The position numbers were made by a program, and so were the translations under genes. DNA of 32,000 nucleotides from Wigglesworthia glossinidia endosymbiont of Glossina brevipalpis (GTDB lineage: Bacteria > Pseudomonadota > Gammaproteobacteria > Enterobacterales > Enterobacteriaceae): positions 480,001 through 512,000 of the forward strand of contig BA000021.3 in NCBI GenBank assembly GCA_000008885.1. The letters are read 5' to 3'. The notes beneath the pieces are model-generated. The model made no database searches. It was not told where the DNA came from and saw nothing but the letters and a program-made list of their open reading frames with translations. Positions 20,576 to 29,180 of the stretch are shown piece by piece. The first letter of the stretch is position 1. Every line of letters starts with the position of its first letter.

Positions 20576-20582
20576 AATTTAT

Positions 20583-23500
20583 TTAAACCATACTCAATAA
20601 AGTAGTATTTCCACCTGCAGCAGTAGTGTTTAAACTTATTGTACGTTCTATTAAAAGTTTTTCTAAAAATATTTTTTTATCTCCATTTTTATGGCTATGA
20701 ACATTTATTACTGGACCTCTTTTTTTAGATAAAATTTCCAACACTTCTTTTAATTGTAATTCATCGCCGTGAAATAAAACTATATCAAACATTGAATCTT
20801 CTCTTTTCCAATTTGGGATAAGAATTACATTTTTTAAAACAGATTGTGGAAGAATAGAAAATATTTTTTGTGTAATTGGATTATGAGATAAAATTGCTTT
20901 CCCTCCAATACTGGTAACAGCTGCTAATTGAATTAGTAAATCATTTTCATCATTTGATAAACATAATATTCTTTCTCTTGGAAGCAACAAATAGGTATTC
21001 TTCTCTCCAGTAGGTCCTTGTAGCACTCTTGAGCTTCCTGATTGAGATTGTGAAATAAAATAATTACAATATTTTTCTAAATCTGGATAGTTTACAGAAA
21101 TCCATTCTATTAAACTGACACAAGATTCTTGTATTTTTTCGCATCTAGTCAAATCTACTTTTTTATTTTTATCTAGTTCTTCTAATGAAGATAAAATATT
21201 TTTTTCTTTTCTATCAGAAAGCAATCTGTATAGATATAATGGACCTCCTGCTTTTGGCCCAGTACCAGATAAACCTTCTCCACCAAAAGGCTGAACCCCA
21301 ACTACTGCTCCTACTATGTTTCTATTTACATAATAATTTCCAACTTTTGTTGATGTTGTGACTTTTTCTATATTTTCTTCTATTCTAGAATGAATACCGA
21401 TAGTCAATCCATATCCAGAAGAATTTATTTTTTCAAATATATTATTCATTTCTTCATATTTAAATTTAACAATATGTAAAACTGGACCAAATACTTCTTC
21501 TTTTATTTGATCTATATCGTCTAATTCTATCAATGTTGGTAAAACAAAATTTCCTAGATCTTGTTTTGTGTCATAAGACATTTCACTCTGCCATACAGAA
21601 TGGTTGCTTTTTTTCATATTCAAAATATGTTGATCAATATTGATTTTTGCATTTTTATCTATCACAGGACCAATATCTGTTGAAAAATATTCTGGATTTC
21701 CTACAGTATAAGAATCAATAGCTCCTTTAATCATATTTAAAGTTTTTTCTGATACATCTTCTTGTATACATAATAGTCTTAAAGCAGAACAACGCTGTCC
21801 AGCGCTATCAAAAGCAGAAACAATAATATCAGATACTACTTGCTCTGTTAATGCTGAAGAATCTACAATCATGGCATTTAGACCGCCAGTTTCAGCAATT
21901 AGAGGAACAGGTCTTCCTTTGCTTAAACGATCAGATAAATTCAATTGCAATAAACGAGCAACTTGAGTAGATCCTGTAAACATAACTCCGTGTATACGAT
22001 GATCTTTAGATAGAGAATTTCCTATTATTTTTCCACTTCCAGGTAAAAACTGTAAAGACTCACTTGGTATTCCAGAATCTATCATTAATTTAATAGCTTC
22101 ATATGCAACTATAGGCGTTTGTTCTGCAGGTTTAGCTATTACTGCATTTCCAGAAGCTAAAGCAGCTGAAATTTGTCCTAAAAAAATAGCTAAAGGAAAA
22201 TTCCATGGACTTATGCATAACACACACCCTAAAGGAATATGTGTTTTATTATTAAAAGGTTTTATTTGATTTGAGTAATATCTTAAAAAATCAACTGCTT
22301 CTCTTATTTCGGAAACGGCATTAGGAAAAGTTTTTCCTGACTCTCTAACGAGTAAATTAATAAAAATATTAGTATTTTTTTCTATCTTGTTAGAAATATC
22401 ATATAAAATTTTAGATCTCTCTAATGGTTCTTTTGAAGACCATAATTCAATTCCTTTTACCGAGCTTTCAAGAGCAGATTCAACGTCTTTTAAAGTAGAA
22501 CTTTGACACTCTCCTATTATATCTTTTTTATTAGCTGGATTTATAATTTTACTAATAGATCCTTTATCTAATTTTGAATGAATTATTGGAGTAACTTTCC
22601 AAAATTTATCTGAATTTTTTAACAAGTCAGATGATAATTTTGCTAAAACATTTTCATTAGAAAAATTAAATCCATGAGAATTTTCTCTATTATTTCCATA
22701 TAAATTTTTTGGCAAAGGAATATTTGGATGAGAAGTTCCAATTTCAACATTTTCTTTTTTTGATATACTTATAGACTCTTTTATCGGACTTAAAACTAAT
22801 TTTTCAATAGAAACATTATTATCTGATATGCGATTAATAAATGAATTATTAGCTCCGTTTTCTAAAATTCTTCTTACTAAATAAGCAAGTAAAGTTTTAT
22901 GTGTACCTACAGGAGCATAAATTCTACATGGACGATCTAATTTTTTATCAATGGCATTACCTACTACTTTTTCGTATAATTGTTCTCCCATACCGTGTAA
23001 ACATTGAAATTCATATTGTCCTGAATAATAATTCTCTCCAGCAAAATGATATATAGATGATACAGTATGAGCATTGTGAGTAGCAAATTGTGGATATATA
23101 TGATTACTTTCTGATAGAAGTTTTTTAGCACATGCTAAATAAGATATGTCTGTATATGCTTTTCTCGTAAATACTGGATAGTCTTCTATTCCTTCAATTT
23201 GTGCATTTTTTATTTCACTATCCCAATAAGCTCCTTTTACTAACCTTACCATTAATCTTCTTTTCGTACGTTTTGCTATATCAATTAGTTCTTCTATTAC
23301 ATACATACATCTTTTTTGATAAGCTTGTACTACAAACCCAATACCACTCCATCCAAATAAAGATGGTTCACAACATAATTTATCTAATAAATCTATAGAA
23401 ATTTCTAATCTGTTTGCCTCTTCAGCATCTATATTCATACCTATGTCATAATGTCTAGCTAATAAAGTTAACGATCTTAATCTAGGATATAATTCAGACA

Positions 23501-24533
23501 TAACTTTTTCATATTTATTTCTAGAATAACGAGGATGAATAGCTGATAATTTAATAGATATACCTGGTCCTTTATATATTCCTTTTCCCAAAGATGATTT
23601 TCCTATACAATGAATTGCGTTTTCATAAGAAGTCATGTATTTTTGTGCATCTTCTTCTGTTAAAGCTGCTTCTCCAAGCATATCATATGAATATGAAAAA
23701 CCTTTTTTTTCTAAAATGTTTGTATTTTTTAGAGCTTGTTGTATATTTTCTCCTACAACAAATTGTTTTCCCATTAATTTCATAGCTACGTTTATAGCTT
23801 TTCCTACGATTGGCTCTCCTATTTTTTGAATAACTTTATTTAAATATGAACTTAAATTTTTTTCTTTATGTCTTTTGATTAAATTATTAGTTATACATAA
23901 ACCCCATACTGCTGAATTTATAAATAAACCTTTATTGGATCCAAAATGGCTTTTCCAATCTTTATTTTTTATTTTGTCTTTTATTAAAGAATTTCTTGTA
24001 TTTACATCTGGTATTCTTAGCAAGGCTTCTGCTAAACACATTAAAGCTATACCTTCTTTAGAAGATAAAGGAAATTCTCGTAGTAAATCTTGAACCATTT
24101 GTTCTCTATTGTACTTTTTTGATTTTTCTCTTAATCCTTTTGCTAGATACTTTGATAGCTCATGAATTTTTTTTTCAGTTTCTTCTTCGCATTTAGATAG
24201 TTCTAATAACTTTGGAACAATTTCTTTTTCAGGAGTACTCCAAGCGTTTGTTGTATTAAATCTTAAATAAGATTGAGGTAATATTTGTTGTGCAAATTCA
24301 AAGAAAGGTTTAAAAATAATTTTTTCATTTATTTTGTCTTGATAATCTTGAATTTCATTTTTATTTTCTATTAATTTTTCGCTAGATTTTGATTTTTTCT
24401 CTAAATCATCTAGGTGAAGAAAAATGGCCTGCTTAATTATCCAATGTGGAGTACGATTTAATCTACTTGATATATTTTCGATACGATGGGATAATTTGTT
24501 GTCTAATTTTATTCCTAATATTCTGGTATCCAT
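20583..24533 (-). CDS. putA: Trifunctional PutA: RHH DNA-binding domain / proline dehydrogenase / 1-pyrroline-5-carboxylate dehydrogenase
   Basis: 1316 aa (E. coli PutA is 1320 aa). N-terminus TRILGIKLD...RTPHWIIKQAIF matches the E. coli RHH domain (MGVKLD...RTPHWLIKQAIF). The PRODH barrel is present (YSYDMLGEA, RLMVRLVKGAYWD). The ALDH catalytic Cys context is FDSAGQRCSALRLL. Confidence 0.96.
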   Translation of the reverse strand: MDTRILGIKLDNKLSHRIENISSRLNRTPHWIIKQAIFLHLDDLEKKSKSSEKLIENKNEIQDYQDKINEKIIFKPFFEFAQQILPQSYLRFNTTNAWSTPEKEIVPKLLELSKCEEETEKKIHELSKYLAKGLREKSKKYNREQMVQDLLREFPLSSKEGIALMCLAEALLRIPDVNTRNSLIKDKIKNKDWKSHFGSNKGLFINSAVWGLCITNNLIKRHKEKNLSSYLNKVIQKIGEPIVGKAINVAMKLMGKQFVVGENIQQALKNTNILEKKGFSYSYDMLGEAALTEEDAQKYMTSYENAIHCIGKSSLGKGIYKGPGISIKLSAIHPRYSRNKYEKVMSELYPRLRSLTLLARHYDIGMNIDAEEANRLEISIDLLDKLCCEPSLFGWSGIGFVVQAYQKRCMYVIEELIDIAKRTKRRLMVRLVKGAYWDSEIKNAQIEGIEDYPVFTRKAYTDISYLACAKKLLSESNHIYPQFATHNAHTVSSIYHFAGENYYSGQYEFQCLHGMGEQLYEKVVGNAIDKKLDRPCRIYAPVGTHKTLLAYLVRRILENGANNSFINRISDNNVSIEKLVLSPIKESISISKKENVEIGTSHPNIPLPKNLYGNNRENSHGFNFSNENVLAKLSSDLLKNSDKFWKVTPIIHSKLDKGSISKIINPANKKDIIGECQSSTLKDVESALESSVKGIELWSSKEPLERSKILYDISNKIEKNTNIFINLLVRESGKTFPNAVSEIREAVDFLRYYSNQIKPFNNKTHIPLGCVLCISPWNFPLAIFLGQISAALASGNAVIAKPAEQTPIVAYEAIKLMIDSGIPSESLQFLPGSGKIIGNSLSKDHRIHGVMFTGSTQVARLLQLNLSDRLSKGRPVPLIAETGGLNAMIVDSSALTEQVVSDIIVSAFDSAGQRCSALRLLCIQEDVSEKTLNMIKGAIDSYTVGNPEYFSTDIGPVIDKNAKINIDQHILNMKKSNHSVWQSEMSYDTKQDLGNFVLPTLIELDDIDQIKEEVFGPVLHIVKFKYEEMNNIFEKINSSGYGLTIGIHSRIEENIEKVTTSTKVGNYYVNRNIVGAVVGVQPFGGEGLSGTGPKAGGPLYLYRLLSDRKEKNILSSLEELDKNKKVDLTRCEKIQESCVSLIEWISVNYPDLEKYCNYFISQSQSGSSRVLQGPTGEKNTYLLLPRERILCLSNDENDLLIQLAAVTSIGGKAILSHNPITQKIFSILPQSVLKNVILIPNWKREDSMFDIVLFHGDELQLKEVLEILSKKRGPVINVHSHKNGDKKIFLEKLLIERTISLNTTAAGGNTTLLSMV

Positions 24534-24829
24534 ACGTATTTCTCATATGAAATGATTTGAAAATTACATTTTATTTAATATTTTAAATTTATTGTAAACT
24601 TTCTAATCAAAATTATAATAAGGATTATTTTTTATTTTTTTAAAAATCATATTTTAATTATTCTTTAATAAAAATATAATTATTAAAAATTAAATAACAC
24701 ATTAACGAAATATTAAAATTAATCATTTTGAATGATATATTATTTATGTATATATAAAGTTTATTTAATAGATAAATATTTCTTTTACCAGCATTATTAT
24801 TCTACAATTGATCAAAAAAGCGATATAAA

Positions 24830-26605
24830 TTATTTTATTTTTAAATTTACATTTAACAAATCACTTATAATAGAAATATTTCTTTTATCTTTTAGAAACT
24901 TTTTAATACAATTAGAAGTAAAACTTCCTATGCCTTTAATTGAACGCAAATCTTCATAACTAGTGTTAATAAAATTAGAAATATTTTTATAATAATTTGC
25001 TAAATTCATTGATGTATATATTCCTACATTAGGAATTCCTATTCCATATATAACACGATATAGTTCTGTTGTTTTTGATTTTATAATTTCTTTTATTAAA
25101 TTTTCGCTAGATTTTAAACCCATGCCTTTTAAAAAAATTATTTTATCTGTATTTAACTTAAAAATATCAGAGGGATATTTAATAATTTTTTTTTCAATTA
25201 ACTGTGAGATTATTTTATTCCCCATGCCCTTTATATTTAAAGCTTCACGAGATACAAAATGATTTAATAGCTGTTTTCTTTGAGCGTAACACAAAAATCC
25301 TCCAGTGCAATATAAATTTTTTTTTCTTAAACAAAATTCTATTTTTGATTTGCAAAAAATACATGTTTTTGGAAATATTATTTCTTTAACGTTTTTTCTT
25401 TTTTCAAAAATTACTCTAGAAATTTTTGGTATAACATCTCCAGATTTCTTTAAACATACTGTATCGTTTATCATTATTCCCAATTTATCTATTATATCTT
25501 TATTATGTAAAGAAGAATATTTAATAATTGTTCCCATAAAATATACTGGTTTTAGTTTTGCAACTGGAGTAATTACACCTGTTCTTCCTACGTTAAAATT
25601 TACTCCTAATATTTTTGTGCATTTTTCTTCAGATGAAAATTTATATGCAATTGCCCAGCGTGGATATTTAGAAGAACATCCTAACTTTTTTTGTAATTTC
25701 ATAGAATTTACTTTTACTACTATTCCATCTATATTAAAATCTAAATAATCGCGTATTTTGATTGACTTCTCATAAAAATTTTTAACCTCATTTAAAGATT
25801 TGCATAATTCTGTATTTTTTTCTATTGGAATCCCCCATGAATTAATTAATTTTAATGCATCATGTTGGTCATAATAATATTTTTTTTCATTTACATATCC
25901 TATTCCATACCCATAAAAAGACAAAGATCTATTTTTAGTTATTTTAGGATTAATTTGCCTTAAAGATCCAGAAGCCATGTTTCTAGCATTAGAAAATAAT
26001 TTCTTTCTCTTTGATTTTAGCATTTTATTAATTTTATTAAATGTAGATAATTTAATAAATACTTCTCCCCTTATTTCTATTTTTTTAGGAAAAGATAAAT
26101 TATTTTTTTTTAAAATATGTGGAATGCTTTTAATTTCTAAAGCATTTTTTGTTACATCTTCTCCTTGCAATCCATCTCCTCTAGTAGAGGCACTATCTAA
26201 TATTCCATTTTTATAAATTAAATTTATAGCTAAACCGTCAATTTTTAATTCACAACAATAATATCTTTTTTCATTATAAAATAAATTTTTTTTTACTTTT
26301 TCATGAAAATTTAATAAATTTTTATAATTAAAAATACTTTCTAAAGACAACATATTAGATAAATGTTTTATTTTTTTAAATTTATTACATATATTTTTTG
26401 CTACAATTTTATTGCTATAACTTGTATTTAAAAACATACTATATTTTTTTTCTAGCTCGTTTAATTCAAATAAAGTAGAATCATATTTTTCATCTGAAAC
26501 TAAAGATAAGTTTTTAACATAATAGTTATTATTCCACATTTCAATTTTTTTTCTTAAATTTAAAATTTTTGTTTTTATTTTTATATTTATATTTTTCTTA
26601 AACAT
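24830..26605 (-). CDS. ligA: NAD-dependent DNA ligase, apparently lacking the C-terminal BRCT domain
   Basis: 591 aa (E. coli LigA is 671 aa). Adenylation motif CELKIDGLAI. Four-Cys zinc finger CIFC...CTGGFLC. HhH region GIGIPNVG...IKGIGSF. The ORF stops at ...ISDLLNVNLKIK, which aligns with E. coli ...ISELLAEGVHW, just before the BRCT domain. Confidence 0.92.
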   Translation of the reverse strand: MFKKNINIKIKTKILNLRKKIEMWNNNYYVKNLSLVSDEKYDSTLFELNELEKKYSMFLNTSYSNKIVAKNICNKFKKIKHLSNMLSLESIFNYKNLLNFHEKVKKNLFYNEKRYYCCELKIDGLAINLIYKNGILDSASTRGDGLQGEDVTKNALEIKSIPHILKKNNLSFPKKIEIRGEVFIKLSTFNKINKMLKSKRKKLFSNARNMASGSLRQINPKITKNRSLSFYGYGIGYVNEKKYYYDQHDALKLINSWGIPIEKNTELCKSLNEVKNFYEKSIKIRDYLDFNIDGIVVKVNSMKLQKKLGCSSKYPRWAIAYKFSSEEKCTKILGVNFNVGRTGVITPVAKLKPVYFMGTIIKYSSLHNKDIIDKLGIMINDTVCLKKSGDVIPKISRVIFEKRKNVKEIIFPKTCIFCKSKIEFCLRKKNLYCTGGFLCYAQRKQLLNHFVSREALNIKGMGNKIISQLIEKKIIKYPSDIFKLNTDKIIFLKGMGLKSSENLIKEIIKSKTTELYRVIYGIGIPNVGIYTSMNLANYYKNISNFINTSYEDLRSIKGIGSFTSNCIKKFLKDKRNISIISDLLNVNLKIK

Positions 26606-26870
26606 ATAAAACTTTTTTTAAAATAATTATGATAATTTAATATAAATTAAATTTTAATACACAATAATATTAAAGAACTATAGTAGAGTCAAATTAGAAA
26701 AATAAAATTTAATAAATTAAATTAATTTAAAAAATTAATTTTTAAAATAAATTAATTTTAATGTTAGTAAAAACTAATATTAATTTTTTATTTAAATTTT
26801 ACTTTAATTTAATTTATAATACACTTTATACATTTTATTTTATAATAAGTTTGTGATAAATTAAATTTAT

Positions 26871-26957
26871 GGTGAGATGTCCGAGAGGTTTAAGGAGCAA
26901 GCCTGGAAAGTTTGTATACGATTTTTCGTATCGAGGGTTCGAATCCCTCTCTCACCG
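26871..26957 (+). tRNA. tRNA-Ser (anticodon GGA), class II with long variable arm; CCA not encoded
   Basis: GGTGAGATGTCCGAGAGGTTTAAGGAGCAAGCCTGGAAAGTTTGTATACGATTTTTCGTATCGAGGGTTCGAATCCCTCTCTCACCG. Acceptor GGTGAGA/TCTCACC. Anticodon stem CAAGC/GTTTG with loop CTGGAAA. T arm GAGGG-TTCGAAT-CCCTC. Near-identical architecture to E. coli tRNA-Ser(GGA). Confidence 0.93.
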
Positions 26958-27067
26958 AAACTTTTTTAAAAATTTAAAATTAATATTTGATAATTGTAAA
27001 AATTAAAATATTATTTATGTAATTTTAAATTTAAAACATATTATTTGAAATTTTTTATATAAAATTT

Positions 27068-27793
27068 ATGATTTTTTTAAAAAAAAATATTAAAATAGGA
27101 ATTATAGGAGCTTTATCTCGAGAAATACAGATAATAATAAGTAAATTAAAAAATTACAGTATAAAAAAAGATAAAATCTTTACTTTGCATATGGGAACTA
27201 TAAATTTTTCAAAAATAGCAATAATAAAATCTGGAATAGGGAAAGTGTTGTCGTCAATAAATACATTGCATTTAATAAAATTATTTAATCCTGATTTAAT
27301 AATAAATATCGGCATATCTGGTTCTTTAAGAAAAGAACTTTTAATAGGAGATATTATTATTTCAAAAAAAATTTGCTATCACGATGTAGACTTAACTTAT
27401 TTTGGATATAAAATAGGACAAATTCCAAAAAATCCTAAATATTATTATTCTCCATATCCATTAGTAAAAATATTAGAAAATATATCAGATCTTATTGGTT
27501 TAAATTTTAAGTCTGGTTTAATTATCAGTGGAGATTCTTTTATACATTGTAAAGAAAAAAATAATTTATTAAAAATAAAAAAATTTTTTCCACATGCATA
27601 TGCAGTGGACATGGAATCTTCTTCTATTGCACAAGTATGTAATATTTTTTGTATACCATTTATAAGCATAAGATCTATATCTGATTGTATATACGAAGAA
27701 AATAAAATAAAATTTAAACTAAATTCTTATTTAGCGATAAAAAATTTTTCAAATATTACTTTAAAATTTATCAAAAACACAAGTTTATTATAA
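27068..27793 (+). CDS. mtnN: 5'-methylthioadenosine/S-adenosylhomocysteine nucleosidase
   Basis: 241 aa. KIGIIGA, IIKSGIGKV, ISGDSF and AVDMESSSIAQV...SIRSISD align with E. coli MtnN/Pfs (KIGIIGA, LLKSGIGKV, AVEMEATAIAHV...VVRAISD). Confidence 0.92.
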   Translation: MIFLKKNIKIGIIGALSREIQIIISKLKNYSIKKDKIFTLHMGTINFSKIAIIKSGIGKVLSSINTLHLIKLFNPDLIINIGISGSLRKELLIGDIIISKKICYHDVDLTYFGYKIGQIPKNPKYYYSPYPLVKILENISDLIGLNFKSGLIISGDSFIHCKEKNNLLKIKKFFPHAYAVDMESSSIAQVCNIFCIPFISIRSISDCIYEENKIKFKLNSYLAIKNFSNITLKFIKNTSLL

Positions 27794-27839
27794 ATTTTTT
27801 GTAAATAAATATAAATTTATTTTATGTATTAAAAATAAT

Positions 27840-28769
27840 TTAATTAATAAAACGAAAGCATGAAAAGTTATTTATTGATTTTTCCAAATCTGATTTTATT
27901 CTAAATCTATTTCTATTTTGATTTAATATAGATACTTTCAGAACTGATTGTATTAAAAAATAAAATTTTTTTACTTTATATACTGACAATATTTTTCCTG
28001 CAAAATTCCATTTATTAATCATCTTTTGTTCTATTATATCTCCTGCTTTTGGTAAAAAGCTAGATTTCCCGTACAAAATATATAAAAATTTTTTCTTTAT
28101 TTTTAGATATTGCATCTTATATATTAATTCTTGCCCCATATAACATCCTTTATTAAAATCAATAGCATGAAAATAATTTAAATTTATTTCTTGAGGAAAA
28201 AAATGTTCGCTTGTAATAGGTTCAATAACAGGGTATTTCAATTTTATAATCTCAAATAAATATTTTTTGTAATTATAAAATGTATTATTTAATTTTAATT
28301 TATAGAATATATCTTCTCTTTTTCTTTTATTTATAATTATCAAATAAAATGGATTTTTAAATTTGAAATATAAAATCGCACAATCTTTATAATTTATTAC
28401 TTTATTTTTTTCATTTGGAATTTCAAAAAAAATGGATTTTATTTTTTTTTCAGCACTTGTCCCATAAGAACCCAGCAAAACTAATTCTTTATTTAAAATA
28501 ATATCTACTTTATAAAAAGTAGAATATTTTTTCAAAATTTCAATTTGATTGAAATTTATAATTTTAGGTTGAATATAAGAAATTTTATTTTGATAGTAAA
28601 AAACACACATATTACTAATAACCTTTCCTTTTTCATTACAATGAGCAGAAAATTTAAATTCATTTTTTTTTAAACAAAAAAAATTACTTGTAAATTGATT
28701 TTGTAATAATTTTAATGCATCATTTCCGATTATTTTTACTAAAATTAAATTAGAAAGACAAATAAACAT
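27840..28769 (-). CDS. ygfZ: Folate-binding tRNA-modification / Fe-S cluster repair protein YgfZ
   Basis: 309 aa. FSAHCNEKGKVISNM and the family signature KGCYMGQE. Divergent from sdhE (ygfY), as in E. coli. Confidence 0.85.
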   Translation of the reverse strand: MFICLSNLILVKIIGNDALKLLQNQFTSNFFCLKKNEFKFSAHCNEKGKVISNMCVFYYQNKISYIQPKIINFNQIEILKKYSTFYKVDIILNKELVLLGSYGTSAEKKIKSIFFEIPNEKNKVINYKDCAILYFKFKNPFYLIIINKRKREDIFYKLKLNNTFYNYKKYLFEIIKLKYPVIEPITSEHFFPQEINLNYFHAIDFNKGCYMGQELIYKMQYLKIKKKFLYILYGKSSFLPKAGDIIEQKMINKWNFAGKILSVYKVKKFYFLIQSVLKVSILNQNRNRFRIKSDLEKSINNFSCFRFIN

Positions 28770-28907
28770 AAAAATAAATATCCTTGTTTTTAAAGTAAAT
28801 GTTATAATTAAAATAGATATGTAAAAATTTATTATTATAAATATATTTATCTTAAAAAATGAGGTATATAAAAATTATATCTTTATTTTATAAAATTTTA
28901 TAGAAAA

Positions 28908-29162
28908 ATGAAAATAAAAAATAAATCTATGGTTTATTGGTCTTGCAGAAGAGGAATGTTAGAGTTAGATATTATAATTAATAATTTCTTTAAAAAAGAA
29001 TTTGATTTTTTATCAAATAAAGAAAAAATTTTTTTTGTTAATATGTTAAGTTACGATGATATTTATCTGTATAAGTGTCTTATTTTTAATTATGAACCAA
29101 AAAACAAAAAAATAAAAAAAATTATCAAATTAATAAAAAGAAGTTCTTTTTCATTTTCATAA
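28908..29162 (+). CDS. sdhE: FAD assembly factor SdhE (flavinylation of SdhA)
   Basis: 84 aa. MKIKNKSMVYWSCRRGMLELD aligns with E. coli SdhE [21 protein letters not shown] (RGxxE motif). Same length class (E. coli 88 aa). Confidence 0.88.
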   Translation: MKIKNKSMVYWSCRRGMLELDIIINNFFKKEFDFLSNKEKIFFVNMLSYDDIYLYKCLIFNYEPKNKKIKKIIKLIKRSSFSFS

Positions 29163-29180
29163 ATTTTTTAAAGGAAAAAT

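Noticed and set aside
20537-20582. Looked for ssrS (6S RNA) downstream of zapA
   Set aside because: Only 46 bp are available, occupied by a simple hairpin. 6S RNA is about 180 nt, so it is not at this locus.
23201-24093. Four 63-72-aa + strand ORFs inside putA
   Set aside because: They are antisense shadows of a 1316-aa CDS that aligns end-to-end with PutA. They have no motifs.
24721-24737. Imperfect palindrome AATCATT-TTG-AATGATA resembling Fur-box hexamers, upstream of putA
   Set aside because: It is a short, AT-only, 6/7 inverted repeat. Such repeats are expected frequently by chance at this composition, and there is no evidence that a Fur protein is encoded.
24534-24829. Possible remnant of the LigA BRCT coding region downstream of the ligA stop
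   Set aside because: I translated the three minus-strand frames just past the stop. All hit stops within 5-20 codons, and nothing resembles the G-K-x-V-V-L-T-G start of a BRCT domain. I cannot support a pseudogene fragment by eye.
24732-26216. + strand ORFs overlapping ligA, including a 147-aa one (25305..25748) and 24732..24959 across the ligA 3' end
   Set aside because: They are antisense to ligA, F/I/L-rich and without motifs. The 147-aa length is notable for an AT-rich genome, but it is offset by one base from the ligA codon register and shows no independent coding signal.
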